DNA of 64,000 bases, from assembly GCA_963754315.1 (NCBI GenBank), contig CAVWFS010000019.1:672001-736000 (forward strand). Reading direction: 5' to 3'. The translations under genes were made by a program, and so were the position numbers. The notes beneath the pieces were generated by a model. The model ran no database searches and was not told where the DNA came from. It saw only the letters and a list, made by a program, of their open reading frames with translations. Of this stretch, positions 50,320 through 59,913 are shown piece after piece; position 1 is the first letter of the stretch, and every line of letters begins with the position of its first letter. The stretch is from an uncultured Candidatus Rokubacteria bacterium. GTDB taxonomy: Bacteria > Methylomirabilota > Methylomirabilia > Rokubacteriales > CSP1-6.

Positions 50320-50664
50320 GTCGGGGGGAGCGACGCCGCTCCTCCCCGACACCCCCCACCGGGTTCCGGCGAGGCCGCCTCGTCACGCTCCGACCCCCCG
50401 ACCGGCGCTGCGACGCCGCTCCTCCCCGACACCCCCCACCGGGTTCCGGCGAGGCCGCCTCGTCACGCTCCGACCCCCCGACCGGCGCTGCGACGCCGCT
50501 CCTCCCCGACACCCCCCACCGGGTTCCGGCGAGGCCGCCTCGTCACGCTCCGACCCCGCGACCGGCGCCGCGACGCCGCTCCTCCCCGACACCCCCCACC
50601 GGGTTCCGGCGAGGCCGCCTCGTCACGCTCCGACCCCGCGACCGGCGCTGCGACGCCGCTCCTC
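50320..50664. repeat. Tandem array of 4 x 80 bp plus 14 bp, with a terminal hairpin
   Basis: Units start at 50331, 50411, 50491 and 50571, partial at 50651. Only two variable positions between units. Confidence 0.97.
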
Positions 50665-50741
50665 ATCATACCAAGGGAGGATACGTCCTCCGCACTCCGC
50701 GGCCCGACAGCCCCTGTGGTTGGTCGGCGAGGCGTAGTCGG

Positions 50742-51599
50742 CTACGTTCCGGAACCCTGCGGACCCTCGGAGTCGACCGGCCCGGGCGGGGAGGTCGGCG
50801 GGACACTCTGCTCAGGTACCACGCGTCGGGTCAGGGTAATGAAGCCAGTGTGGGCGACCATGCGATGGAATGGGCGCACCGACTGACCCTCGATGTTCCA
50901 GGGGCGGTAAAGCGTTTCGAAGGTTTCGGTCAGGGCCCATCGCGGGTCGCGCCGCAGTACCTCGGAGATCTGGTGGGACTGAATGATGGTCGGCACGTAG
51001 GCGAGAAAAATCCCACCCGGGCGCAACCGCGAGGCCACCGCCGGAGCGAGCGTCCACGGCTCCGGCAAGTCCAGCAACACCCGGTCGACAGGATCCTCGT
51101 CGGCGAGACCGGCCTCGATCGCGCCCAGACGCACGATGAGGTTGGTCACCTCGCCCAGGCGCAGACGGATGTTGGCCAGAGCGCGGCGGGCAAATTCCTC
51201 CCTCTGCTCGTAACTGATTACGCGACCCTCGGATCCTACCGCGCGGAGCAACGCCAAGGTGAGGGCGCCCGAGCCCATACCCGCCTCCAGCACACGACAC
51301 CCAGGATAGATATCGGCCCAGAACAGAATCATGGCAAGATCCTTCGGGTAGATCACCTGGGCCCCGCGCGGCATCTCAAGCACGTATTCGGCCAGGGTTG
51401 GGCGCACGGCCAGGTAACGCATGCCGAGCGAGCTTCGCACCCAGGTTCCCTCGGGCTGCCCCACGAGCGCATCGTGCGGGATCCAGCCGCGATCGGAATG
51501 GAAGGCTTCCGACTTTCGAAGGAAGATCAGGTGACGCTTCCCCCGTCCGTCGATGAGCAGAATCTGCTCACCTTCCTGAAAGGACACCGCCCCGTTCAC
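50742..51599 (-). CDS. trmI: tRNA (adenine-58-N1)-methyltransferase
   Basis: RPTL..Y...MPRGAQVIYPKD, VLEAGMGSGALT, YEQREEF, LDLPEPW, RPFHRMVAHTGF. Confidence 0.93.
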   Translation of the reverse strand: MNGAVSFQEGEQILLIDGRGKRHLIFLRKSEAFHSDRGWIPHDALVGQPEGTWVRSSLGMRYLAVRPTLAEYVLEMPRGAQVIYPKDLAMILFWADIYPGCRVLEAGMGSGALTLALLRAVGSEGRVISYEQREEFARRALANIRLRLGEVTNLIVRLGAIEAGLADEDPVDRVLLDLPEPWTLAPAVASRLRPGGIFLAYVPTIIQSHQISEVLRRDPRWALTETFETLYRPWNIEGQSVRPFHRMVAHTGFITLTRRVVPEQSVPPTSPPGPVDSEGPQGSGT

Positions 51600-51753
51600 G
51601 CGTGATCGCGCGGCGATCGGAGAATGTCGGGGGAAGGGCAGGCGCGCTCGGTCATGTTGTTACCATCGTACAATAAGGCCGCGCGCGTACTCGAGATCGT
51701 CGAGAGTCCCTCGCCGTCGATAGTAGAGGACGGCAGCCAGTGTCGGCGTGTCG

Positions 51754-52089
51754 TCACGCCCAGGCCGCGATCGCCTCCCGGCGCGATGCGTGGATCTCCA
51801 GGATCTTGATCAGGCGGGTCATCTCGAAGATGGCACGCACGTCGGGTTGAAGATCACACAAGCGGATGTCTCCTCCGAGGCTCCGGCAATGCTTGAGAGC
51901 CGCCACGAGAGCCCCGAGGCCCGAGCTGTCGATGTAGGCCACACCCCCCAGGTCCAGCAGCAGGCGCGTCTGCTTCCGGTCAATGAGGTCGGTCAGTGTG
52001 CGCCGGAACTGCTCGGCCACGGCCATGTCCATGTCCCCATCGGGCGCGACCACGGTGGTTTCTCCTTCCTTGGTTACCTTGATGTCCAT
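51754..52089 (-). CDS. STAS-domain anti-sigma-factor antagonist (RsbV/SpoIIAA-like)
   Basis: LLDLGGVAYIDSSGLGALV (phosphoacceptor Ser), IFEMTRL. Confidence 0.93.
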   Translation of the reverse strand: MDIKVTKEGETTVVAPDGDMDMAVAEQFRRTLTDLIDRKQTRLLLDLGGVAYIDSSGLGALVAALKHCRSLGGDIRLCDLQPDVRAIFEMTRLIKILEIHASRREAIAAWA

Positions 52090-52118
52090 CCCTCGATCCC
52101 TCCGATCCAGCTTCGTTG

Positions 52119-52544
52119 TTACGCCTTCGCGGGTCGTCGCTTAATCAGGGTCCAGCGTGTTCCCGAGTCTCGCTCGACGTCGATCACAAGCTGATCGACG
52201 ACACTGCGCACGAGAAAGAGTCCGAGGCCCTGGCTGGGGGTGGCCTCGAGGTCAGGTTGCCGATAGCGCGACTCGTCGAACGGCTTGCCCCAATCCTCGA
52301 CCTCGATCACGAGCTGCTCTGGTCCCGCAACCAGCGAGATCCGGATCGGACGGCCCCTCATCCCTTCGTATGCGTGCTTGATCGAGTTGTTACACAATTC
52401 GCCGACGGCGAGCAGCAGCTTGCCACATTCCTCCAGAGCCAGTCCCTGGCCCACGAGGACCGTCCACAGCCAGGAACGCATGCGGGCAAGCTCTTCCGGC
52501 TCGCTGGTCATCGAGAAGGTCGTCGAGTGCACGGACGCGCTCAC
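52119..52544 (-). CDS. Anti-sigma factor Ser kinase (RsbW-like HATPase)
   Basis: LAVGELCNNSIKHAY, VEDWGKPF, GLGLFLVRSVVD. Confidence 0.92.
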   Translation of the reverse strand: MSASVHSTTFSMTSEPEELARMRSWLWTVLVGQGLALEECGKLLLAVGELCNNSIKHAYEGMRGRPIRISLVAGPEQLVIEVEDWGKPFDESRYRQPDLEATPSQGLGLFLVRSVVDQLVIDVERDSGTRWTLIKRRPAKA

Positions 52545-52545
52545 G

Positions 52546-53706
52546 TTAACGCCGAAGTACGAAGACGGTGACGTCGTCGCGAAGCTTCGCGCCCTCGCGG
52601 TTCACGGCGTAGGCCACAATGGCCTCGACCAATCGCGCCGGGGACTCCTCGCGGTGCGTCTCCAGCAGCGAGATCAGTCCCGCCAATCCCGACCGACGGC
52701 CGCCCCGATCGAGGGTCTCCAAGGCCCCGTCACTCACGAGCACGAGCGTGTCGCCGGGCTCGAGCCTGATCTCGGCCTGTCCGAAGCGCGCGTCGGCGAA
52801 GGCTCCGATGATGGCACCATCGACGTCGATGGTGCCGGCAGGGTGGCCACGTCGCATGAGGATGGGCGCCGGGTGCCCGCCGTTGGCGATCTGCAGCACA
52901 CCTTCCCGGGACGGATCGAGGACCGTCAGTATCGCGGTCACGAACATCGACGGCGGCATGTCGCGACAGAGAGAGGCGTTGAGGCGCGCAAGGACGGTCG
53001 CCGGATCCGCCAGTCCGTTGGCGATCTCTCGCAGCAAGGTGCGCACCATCACCATGAGCAACGCGGCCGGAATGCCCTTGCCGGAGACGTCACCGACGGC
53101 CACTCCGATGAGATCGCCCATGGGAACCACATCGAAGAAGTCGCCTCCGACGATCATGGATGGCTGAAGCGCAGTCGCCGTCTGAAGCCCCGCCAGCCGC
53201 GGGGGGACTGCGGGAATCAGGCGCGTCTGGATTTCCCGAGTAGTTTCCAGATCGCGCTGAAGCTGGGCGAGACCCTCGGCCGACGACCACGCCCCGAGCA
53301 GACCCAGGAGAGGGCGGGTGAGGCGAGCCTGCTCCGTCCGCCGGAGCAACGCGCGTACCCGAGCCACCACTTCGTTGGGTTCGAAAGGCTTGGCGACGTA
53401 GTCGTCGGCCCCGTGCTCGAAGCCTACCAGTCGGTCCGCCACCTGCGCTCGGGCGGTGAGCATGATGACCGGAATGCTCGATGTCACCGGCTCCGAGCGG
53501 ATCCGCCGGAGCATCTCCAGGCCATCCAGCCGCGGCATCATGACGTCAAGGACCACCAGGTCGGGCGTGTGCTCGGCGAGTTTGGCGAGCCCGTCGACCC
53601 CGTCCGAGGCCGCCGTAACCTGGAAGCCCGCCCGCTGCAGGGTGAGGGTCAGGATGGTGCTGATGTCGACCTCGTCGTCCACGACCAACACGCGCGTATC
53701 GGTCAT
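52546..53706 (-). CDS. Response regulator receiver + PP2C/SpoIIE phosphatase (RsbU/RsbY-like)
   Basis: LVVDDE, LDVMMP, KPF. VGGDFFD, GDVSGKG, NGGHP, SDG, DDVT. Confidence 0.94.
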   Translation of the reverse strand: MTDTRVLVVDDEVDISTILTLTLQRAGFQVTAASDGVDGLAKLAEHTPDLVVLDVMMPRLDGLEMLRRIRSEPVTSSIPVIMLTARAQVADRLVGFEHGADDYVAKPFEPNEVVARVRALLRRTEQARLTRPLLGLLGAWSSAEGLAQLQRDLETTREIQTRLIPAVPPRLAGLQTATALQPSMIVGGDFFDVVPMGDLIGVAVGDVSGKGIPAALLMVMVRTLLREIANGLADPATVLARLNASLCRDMPPSMFVTAILTVLDPSREGVLQIANGGHPAPILMRRGHPAGTIDVDGAIIGAFADARFGQAEIRLEPGDTLVLVSDGALETLDRGGRRSGLAGLISLLETHREESPARLVEAIVAYAVNREGAKLRDDVTVFVLRR

Positions 53707-56700
53707 GGATCGCTACCCACGCCTTGTGCCAGCCTCGGTATCGAGGCGGACGGGATCGACGCGGCCGGGAGGGCCACGATGAAGGTGGAGCCCTGACCGG
53801 GAAGGCTCTCGACGCGGATGGTGCCCCCGTGCTCACTCACCAGGCCGTGGCAGATGGCGAGACCAAGACCCGTTCCGCCCACTTCCCGGATGGTCCGGCT
53901 GTCGAGTTGCTGGAACTTCCGAAATAACCGGGGAAGGTCGGTGGGCGCAATCCCCCGGCCGTGGTCGATGACGCGGATCTCCACGGCCGCGCCGACGTGG
54001 TCCGCCCGCACTCGCACCTCGCTGCCCGGCGACGAGAACTTGATGGCGTTGGACAAAAGGTTGGTCATCACCTGCACCATGCGGTCCAGATCGACCCGGA
54101 CCTCGGGCAGGGTGGCGACGGCCTCGACGACGACGCGGACATCGCGCGAGTCGGCGAAGGCACGGATCCCATCCACCGCGATCTGGATGAACTCGGCCAC
54201 ACGACGGTGGCTCAAGGCGAGCTCGATCCGCCCCGCCTCGATCTTGGACACGTCCAGAATGTCCGTGATGAGGCGAATCAGGCGTTCGGTATTGTTGAGG
54301 CAGATGGCGAGCAACTCGCGCTGCGTGGCCTCCAGGGGACGGGAATCGTCAAGGAGCAGCAGATGCAGCGAGCCCTTGATCGAGGTCAGCGGCGTTCTCA
54401 ACTCATGCGAGACAGCCGAGACGAACTCGGTCTTCATCCGATCGACTTCTCGCTCCCGGGTCACGTCCCGCAAGGTCACCGTCACCCCGACCCGGGCTCC
54501 GAAGGTGTCCAGGGTAGGGCTGGCGTGCCAGCGCAGAGTCGCGAGCGTCGGCTCCTGCACCTCGAGATCACCGGTGGCTTCCTGCTCGAGATCCTCGACG
54601 ATCTCCTGCAGGGACCGGCCCTCGGGCGTCACCCATCGCAGCCGCTCCCCGAGCGCGTCCACGAGATACGTAATGAACGGACGGCCCACCACTTCTGACG
54701 TCGACACGCCCAGCAGCTCCTCGCCCCGTCGATTGAGGGCAGCGATTCGGCCGGCCTGATCGAGAAACAGGATGCCGTCGGAGGTGGAAGCAAAGATGTG
54801 CTCGAGCAGAGTCTTCTGAGTCTCAGCCTCCTCGAAGAGCGCGGTGTTGTCGAGCGCCATCGCCAGCTGGTCGGCGTAGGCAGCCAGCAAGCGCCGCTCG
54901 AACGGCGACAGCACGCGGGGCGTCCCGAAGAGCAACGTGAGAACACCGAGGCTCCGGCTTCGGCCCCGCACGGGGAAGGCGGCTAGACTGCGGACGTCGG
55001 CAGAGAGCGAGGCTCCGGGAACCGTCTCCCCCAGACGGTCCACGTCGGCGACCAGCAGCGGCTCGTCCCGGTGGCGGAAGAGTGGGGTGATACACCCGGC
55101 CCCCGCGTAGGCCGCAGCACCCCATGGAATCACTTGGTCCGCGTAGCCGGCACTGTTGAACACCGACACAGAGGCGCCGATCGCGTTGACCGTCCGCCCG
55201 AGATCCGCCAGAGCCGCCGGCAACCGGCGGCGCACATCAAGCGTGCGATGCAGCGTGCGGGCGGCCTCGTTGAGGAGGCCGGCTCCGGCGAGATTCTGCT
55301 GCGTCTCCGCATAGAGACGGGCGTTCTCGACGGCGACGGCGGCCGGGGCCGACACGCGGGAGAGCAGGCGCACCTCGTCCGCGCCCCACTCGTGCGGCGA
55401 CAGGCGGTGCGCCAGCAGAACCCCATACACCTCGTCGCGAATCACGATGGGCACACCGATGAAGGCCCGGGCCGTGTTGCCCAGGGCGTCCTCCGTGTCC
55501 GGCCGGTACGTCACGTTCGGATCGCTCGCACGGTCGTTGGTCCACACGGGCCGCCGCTCGGCGAAGGCGCGACCGGCGATGCCTTCGCCCGGCTGCAACT
55601 GGGGCACGTGCGCGGCCGCCGCACCGGTGTGGCGGCTGCGCGCAAAGACCAAGGCACCGAGGGTAGGATCCCAGCGATAGACGGCAGCCCCATCGCAACC
55701 CAGGGTCTCCGTCGCGTACTGCGTGATGATGTCGAGGACCTCGTCCAGATCGAGTGTGGCAGCGATCCGCCGGGTGAACTCGAAGAGGACGGTCACCTCA
55801 CGCTCCCGGCGCTGGGCTTCGGTGTAGAGGCGAGCATTGCTGACTGAGTGGGCAAGCTCCTGGCAGAACAGCTCCAGTCGGGCCACACTCTCGGGTGTAA
55901 TGGGACGGCGGCTCGGCTTGTTGTCGGCACTGACGATTCCGATGGGCCGTCCCCTGAATTTAAGGGGAACGATGACGAAGCGCCGGGTCCGGAAGACGGG
56001 ATCGCGCTGGATGTCCGCACTCAATGGAGTGAGAGCGGCCAGCGCCTCGTCGGAGCCGACCACCAAGGTCTCCCCGGTATCCCAGGCGCGACGGTAACCG
56101 CCACCGATCTCGGATAGCCGCACTTTCCGCACGGTACCGTGCTCGATATCGGTCCCCGCCAGGAGTTCGAGCGTGGCGCCGTCGGGGGTGGCGAGCATCA
56201 CGGCGAAGCGGTCGAATTGCAGAGCGGTCTTGGCTCGCTCGACGAAGGCCTGGAGACGGTCTCGAAGATGCATCGATCGCTCCAGAGCCACCGCAAGCGC
56301 GTAGAGGTCATCCGTGAGCCGCTGACGCTCCTGGACATCGCGGAACAGTCGGGCTTTCTCCAGCACCACCGCCGTTTGCTCGGCCAGAGCCTGGAGCAGG
56401 GACACTTCGTCCGCCTCGAAATGGTGAGCTTCCCGGGTGGCGACGACAAAGGCCCCGGCCACCGCGCGGCCCATCACGAGAGGCAGGGCGGCGATCGACC
56501 GAAAACCCTGTCCGCGCAGCCACTCTGCATTCCGCAGATCCGGGAACTGGTAGACGTCATCGAGCACCACCGGCGCTGTCGATGCGCAGACACGTCCGAT
56601 CAACCCTTCGCCGAGGGGCAGCTCGAGCTGGTTGCCCCCTCCCACCGCCTTCACGCCAGCCTCGGCGCGCAGGCGTATGCGGTCCGCCTCCACGATCCAC

Positions 56701-58679
56701 ACTCGACACGCGGCCCCGGGAAAGAGCGATACGGCGGCGTCGGCCAGTACGGGCAGAATCGCCTCAGGATCCAGCGACGACGTGATGACCTTGGTGAGGC
56801 GGGTCAGGGTCTCCAGACGCTTCGCGTGCAGCGAGGACTCGGCGTAGAGGCGCGCGTTGCGGATGGCCACCCCGGCCTGGGTCACGAACATTCCCACCAG
56901 TTCCCAGTCGTCTGCGCTCAGCCGGACCGGGGCGGTTCCGTTGAGCGACAGGACCGCCAGCAGCACGTCATCGAGCACCACGGGGACACCGAGGAAGCTC
57001 GAGAACCCATGGGCGCGCCACCACGCTTGATCCTGAAACCCCCTCGCTGCGAAAACGTCGGGCACACTGAGGGGCTGGCGGTGAATGGCGACCCAGCCCA
57101 GCGCCCCGTCATCGTATCGCTGCCGACGGGCCACGAAGTCGGTGCCGATTGTCTCGTCGGAGAAGGCGCGTAACTCGAGCACTCGCCGCGCATCGTCGGC
57201 TAGCCAAAACGACGCCACGGGTGCCCCTACCAGTTCGGCCGCCGCACAGGCGATCCCGCGCAGTACCGTCTCGACCTCCAGGGAGGAGGAGACGAGATGA
57301 TTGAGACCGGCCAACGTACGCAAGCGGCCAGCGCGGTTCTCCAGGGCCTCCACCAGCCGCGCATTGCGCAGGAGGATCCCGACCTGCTGCCCTACCGTCT
57401 GGAGCGTCTCCAGCTCGGGCTCGGCAAAGCGGCGCCGCTCCTTCCACCAGACGAGATAGAAGGCGCCGGAGACCCGCCCCGGCGCGCTGGTGGACGAAAA
57501 ATCGCTCGGCACGCGTGGGCCATCGTCGAGCACCAAGGGCAGCATCAGGCTCGACTGATGCGGGAACTGACGAAATGCCGGAAACCCGAAGCGAGGATCA
57601 GCGGCGACGTCTTCGCTCCATACGGGTCGGCCACGTACGACGAGTTCGTCGTGGAAATCGTGCTCGGCCATAGCCACCCGGAGGTCAACGAGGGGGCCGA
57701 GCACGTCCTTGGGCACGTGGTATCCGGCCACGGGGCGGAGCTCGGCGCCGTGGGGGTCCAGCACGTAGGCCCCAACGGTGTCGGCTCCCGTCAGGTGCGC
57801 CAGCTCGCGGCAAACCAAGCGGAGCGCCTCCTGCAGGCTATCCGTCCCGCCGACCACCCGGGCTATGGCAAGAAGCGACTCAGCCTGGCGTCGGGCGCGC
57901 GAAAGCGCTTCCTGCCGTTCGGTAACCTGCCGCAGCATCGCGTTGAAGGCCGACCCGAGTACCCCGATCTCGTCGTGGGTGACGATGTCGACCCGCCGGG
58001 TCATATCGCCCTCGGCCACCGCTCGGGCCGAGCTGGTGAGGTTCATCAGCGGTCTGGTTATCCGGCGACCCAGGACGACCGCCGACAGCACCGCCACCAG
58101 AATGGCCGCCACGCCGCCCAGCAGCAGCACCACCATGGTGCGACGCTGGGCGGTCGCATAAATGGCCGTCCGCTGCTCGAGCTTAACGTACTCGGCCGCC
58201 GTCACCAGGGTCAGCCGTTCGGCCAGACCCTGCAATACGAGCCAGGAGCTACCGGCCACGCGCACCGCCGCTTGACGTTCGCCACGCTGCACGAGGTCCA
58301 TCAGCATGCGACCCTGATCGTGTTCCCACTCACCAAGACCACGCTCGAGAGCCTTGATCCGCTCCAGCTGGGTGGGGTCGTCCTGCACGAGCCGGCGAAG
58401 CGCGCCCAGATCTCTCTGCGCGGCGGTAGAGGCGCCGGTCACGGTAAGCACCGCGCTGTGGTCGTCGAAGAGAGCGTAGGCGGCGACGGCTCCGCGTGTT
58501 CGACCGAGGGCTGTGTCGACCTTGCCCAGGAGCTTGAGGATCTCGTGGGCAGTCGAGACGCTGAGCGAGGCCTCGAGTTGGCTACTCAGCGCGCGCTGAG
58601 TAAAGACGCCCGCGATGGCAACGGGTCCCAGGCTCACCAGTGAGACCAGCAGAAGCCTGGCCCGGATGCTACGCAGCAT
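53703..58679 (-). CDS. Membrane sensor histidine kinase: CHASE3-like, HAMP, six GAF, PAS, HisKA, HATPase
   Basis: Two TMs, DEIGVLGSAFNAM, six GAF units ending NARL/KARL/NTAL, SHELRTPL, NLLSNAIKF, DHGRGI, GGTGLGL. Confidence 0.92.
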   Translation of the reverse strand: MLRSIRARLLLVSLVSLGPVAIAGVFTQRALSSQLEASLSVSTAHEILKLLGKVDTALGRTRGAVAAYALFDDHSAVLTVTGASTAAQRDLGALRRLVQDDPTQLERIKALERGLGEWEHDQGRMLMDLVQRGERQAAVRVAGSSWLVLQGLAERLTLVTAAEYVKLEQRTAIYATAQRRTMVVLLLGGVAAILVAVLSAVVLGRRITRPLMNLTSSARAVAEGDMTRRVDIVTHDEIGVLGSAFNAMLRQVTERQEALSRARRQAESLLAIARVVGGTDSLQEALRLVCRELAHLTGADTVGAYVLDPHGAELRPVAGYHVPKDVLGPLVDLRVAMAEHDFHDELVVRGRPVWSEDVAADPRFGFPAFRQFPHQSSLMLPLVLDDGPRVPSDFSSTSAPGRVSGAFYLVWWKERRRFAEPELETLQTVGQQVGILLRNARLVEALENRAGRLRTLAGLNHLVSSSLEVETVLRGIACAAAELVGAPVASFWLADDARRVLELRAFSDETIGTDFVARRQRYDDGALGWVAIHRQPLSVPDVFAARGFQDQAWWRAHGFSSFLGVPVVLDDVLLAVLSLNGTAPVRLSADDWELVGMFVTQAGVAIRNARLYAESSLHAKRLETLTRLTKVITSSLDPEAILPVLADAAVSLFPGAACRVWIVEADRIRLRAEAGVKAVGGGNQLELPLGEGLIGRVCASTAPVVLDDVYQFPDLRNAEWLRGQGFRSIAALPLVMGRAVAGAFVVATREAHHFEADEVSLLQALAEQTAVVLEKARLFRDVQERQRLTDDLYALAVALERSMHLRDRLQAFVERAKTALQFDRFAVMLATPDGATLELLAGTDIEHGTVRKVRLSEIGGGYRRAWDTGETLVVGSDEALAALTPLSADIQRDPVFRTRRFVIVPLKFRGRPIGIVSADNKPSRRPITPESVARLELFCQELAHSVSNARLYTEAQRREREVTVLFEFTRRIAATLDLDEVLDIITQYATETLGCDGAAVYRWDPTLGALVFARSRHTGAAAAHVPQLQPGEGIAGRAFAERRPVWTNDRASDPNVTYRPDTEDALGNTARAFIGVPIVIRDEVYGVLLAHRLSPHEWGADEVRLLSRVSAPAAVAVENARLYAETQQNLAGAGLLNEAARTLHRTLDVRRRLPAALADLGRTVNAIGASVSVFNSAGYADQVIPWGAAAYAGAGCITPLFRHRDEPLLVADVDRLGETVPGASLSADVRSLAAFPVRGRSRSLGVLTLLFGTPRVLSPFERRLLAAYADQLAMALDNTALFEEAETQKTLLEHIFASTSDGILFLDQAGRIAALNRRGEELLGVSTSEVVGRPFITYLVDALGERLRWVTPEGRSLQEIVEDLEQEATGDLEVQEPTLATLRWHASPTLDTFGARVGVTVTLRDVTREREVDRMKTEFVSAVSHELRTPLTSIKGSLHLLLLDDSRPLEATQRELLAICLNNTERLIRLITDILDVSKIEAGRIELALSHRRVAEFIQIAVDGIRAFADSRDVRVVVEAVATLPEVRVDLDRMVQVMTNLLSNAIKFSSPGSEVRVRADHVGAAVEIRVIDHGRGIAPTDLPRLFRKFQQLDSRTIREVGGTGLGLAICHGLVSEHGGTIRVESLPGQGSTFIVALPAASIPSASIPRLAQGVGSDP

Positions 58680-58704
58680 CGCCTTCAGTCAAGGATCGAC
58701 CCTC

Positions 58705-59880
58705 TCATGCCGCCCCGAACGCGTCGAGCCCGGTGATGTCACGGCCGATGATCAGGGTGTGGATGTCGTGAGTCCCTTCATACGTATTGACCGTTTCGAG
58801 ATTCAGCATGTGCCGGATCACCGGATGCTCGTCCACGATGCCCGCCGCGCCCAGGATGTCGCGGGCCAGGCGCGCCGCGTCCAGCGCCATCTGGACGTTG
58901 TTCATCTTGGCCAGGGAGACTTGCTGGGGACGCGCTTTGCCCTCGTCCTTCAAGCGGCCGAGCTGTAGGCACAAGAGCTGACCCTTGGTGATCTCCGTCA
59001 CCATCCACACCAGTTTTCGCTGAACGAGCTGGAAGCTTGCGATGGGCTTACCAAACTGGATGCGTTGCTGTCCGTACTGCAGTGCCCAGTCGTACACGGC
59101 CATGGCCGCCCCCAACGCTCCCCAGGCGATACCGTAGCGGGCCTGGTTCAGACAGCTGAGAGGCCCACGCAACCCCCGCACCCCGGGCAGTCGGTTCTCG
59201 GCCGGAATGCGGCAGTCCTGGAAGCTCAGCTCGGAGGTGATGGAGGCGCGCATCGAGAACTTGCCGTGAATGTCCAAGGTGGAGAACCCTGGCGTCCCGC
59301 GCTCCACCAGAAAGCCCGCGATCTCCCCATCGTCCTCCCGAGCCCACACCACCGCTACGTCGGCGATCGAGCCGTTGGTGATCCAGAGCTTGGTGCCGTT
59401 CAGCACGTAACCGCCGCCCTGGCGGGATGCTCGCGTCTTCATGGCGCCGGGATCCGAGCCGTGGTCTGGCTCGGTGAGGCCGAAGCAGCCGATCTTCTCG
59501 CCCTTGGCCATCGCGGGGAGCCACCGCTCCTTCTGCGCCTCGGACCCAAACGTGTAGATCGGATACATGACGAGCCCGCTTTGCACTGACGCCGCCGAGC
59601 GAAGTCCTGAATCTCCCCGCTCCAGCTCCTGCATGATGAGCCCGTAGGCGACGTTGTTCAGGCCTGCGCAACCGTATCCCTTGAGGGTGGCGCCGAACAC
59701 CCCCATCTCGCCGAGTCTGGAAATCAGGGTGACGGGGAATGTCCCGGCTCGGTGGTGATCAGCGACAATGGGAACGAACTCGGCCTCGACCCAATCGCGG
59801 ATTGTGTCGCGGACCATCCGTTCCTCCTCCGACAGCAATCCGTCCATCTGGTAGTAATCGACACCTTGGAATTTCTCCAT
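58705..59880 (-). CDS. gcdH: Glutaryl-CoA dehydrogenase-like acyl-CoA dehydrogenase
   Basis: ELERGDSGLRS, GCFGLTEPDHGSDP, RAS.T, CLNQARYGIAWG, TYEGTHDIH.LI.GR.ITG. Confidence 0.85.
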   Translation of the reverse strand: MEKFQGVDYYQMDGLLSEEERMVRDTIRDWVEAEFVPIVADHHRAGTFPVTLISRLGEMGVFGATLKGYGCAGLNNVAYGLIMQELERGDSGLRSAASVQSGLVMYPIYTFGSEAQKERWLPAMAKGEKIGCFGLTEPDHGSDPGAMKTRASRQGGGYVLNGTKLWITNGSIADVAVVWAREDDGEIAGFLVERGTPGFSTLDIHGKFSMRASITSELSFQDCRIPAENRLPGVRGLRGPLSCLNQARYGIAWGALGAAMAVYDWALQYGQQRIQFGKPIASFQLVQRKLVWMVTEITKGQLLCLQLGRLKDEGKARPQQVSLAKMNNVQMALDAARLARDILGAAGIVDEHPVIRHMLNLETVNTYEGTHDIHTLIIGRDITGLDAFGAA

Positions 59881-59913
59881 AGTCGGCTCCTGGTGCGGGC
59901 GCCCGGCCCGTCC

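Noticed and set aside
50331..50664. CRISPR array
   Set aside because: Units are contiguous and near-identical with no unique spacers, and there are no cas genes.
50169..51605. Repetitive ORFs (478 aa on plus; MSGRSGVAAP... peptides on minus)
   Set aside because: Translations of the 80-bp repeat (not a multiple of 3) and the antisense of trmI.
57475..57525. Short insert (GPRVPSDFSSTSAPG) in the first GAF domain as another repeat insertion
   Set aside because: Only weak self-complementarity and no match to the element consensus.
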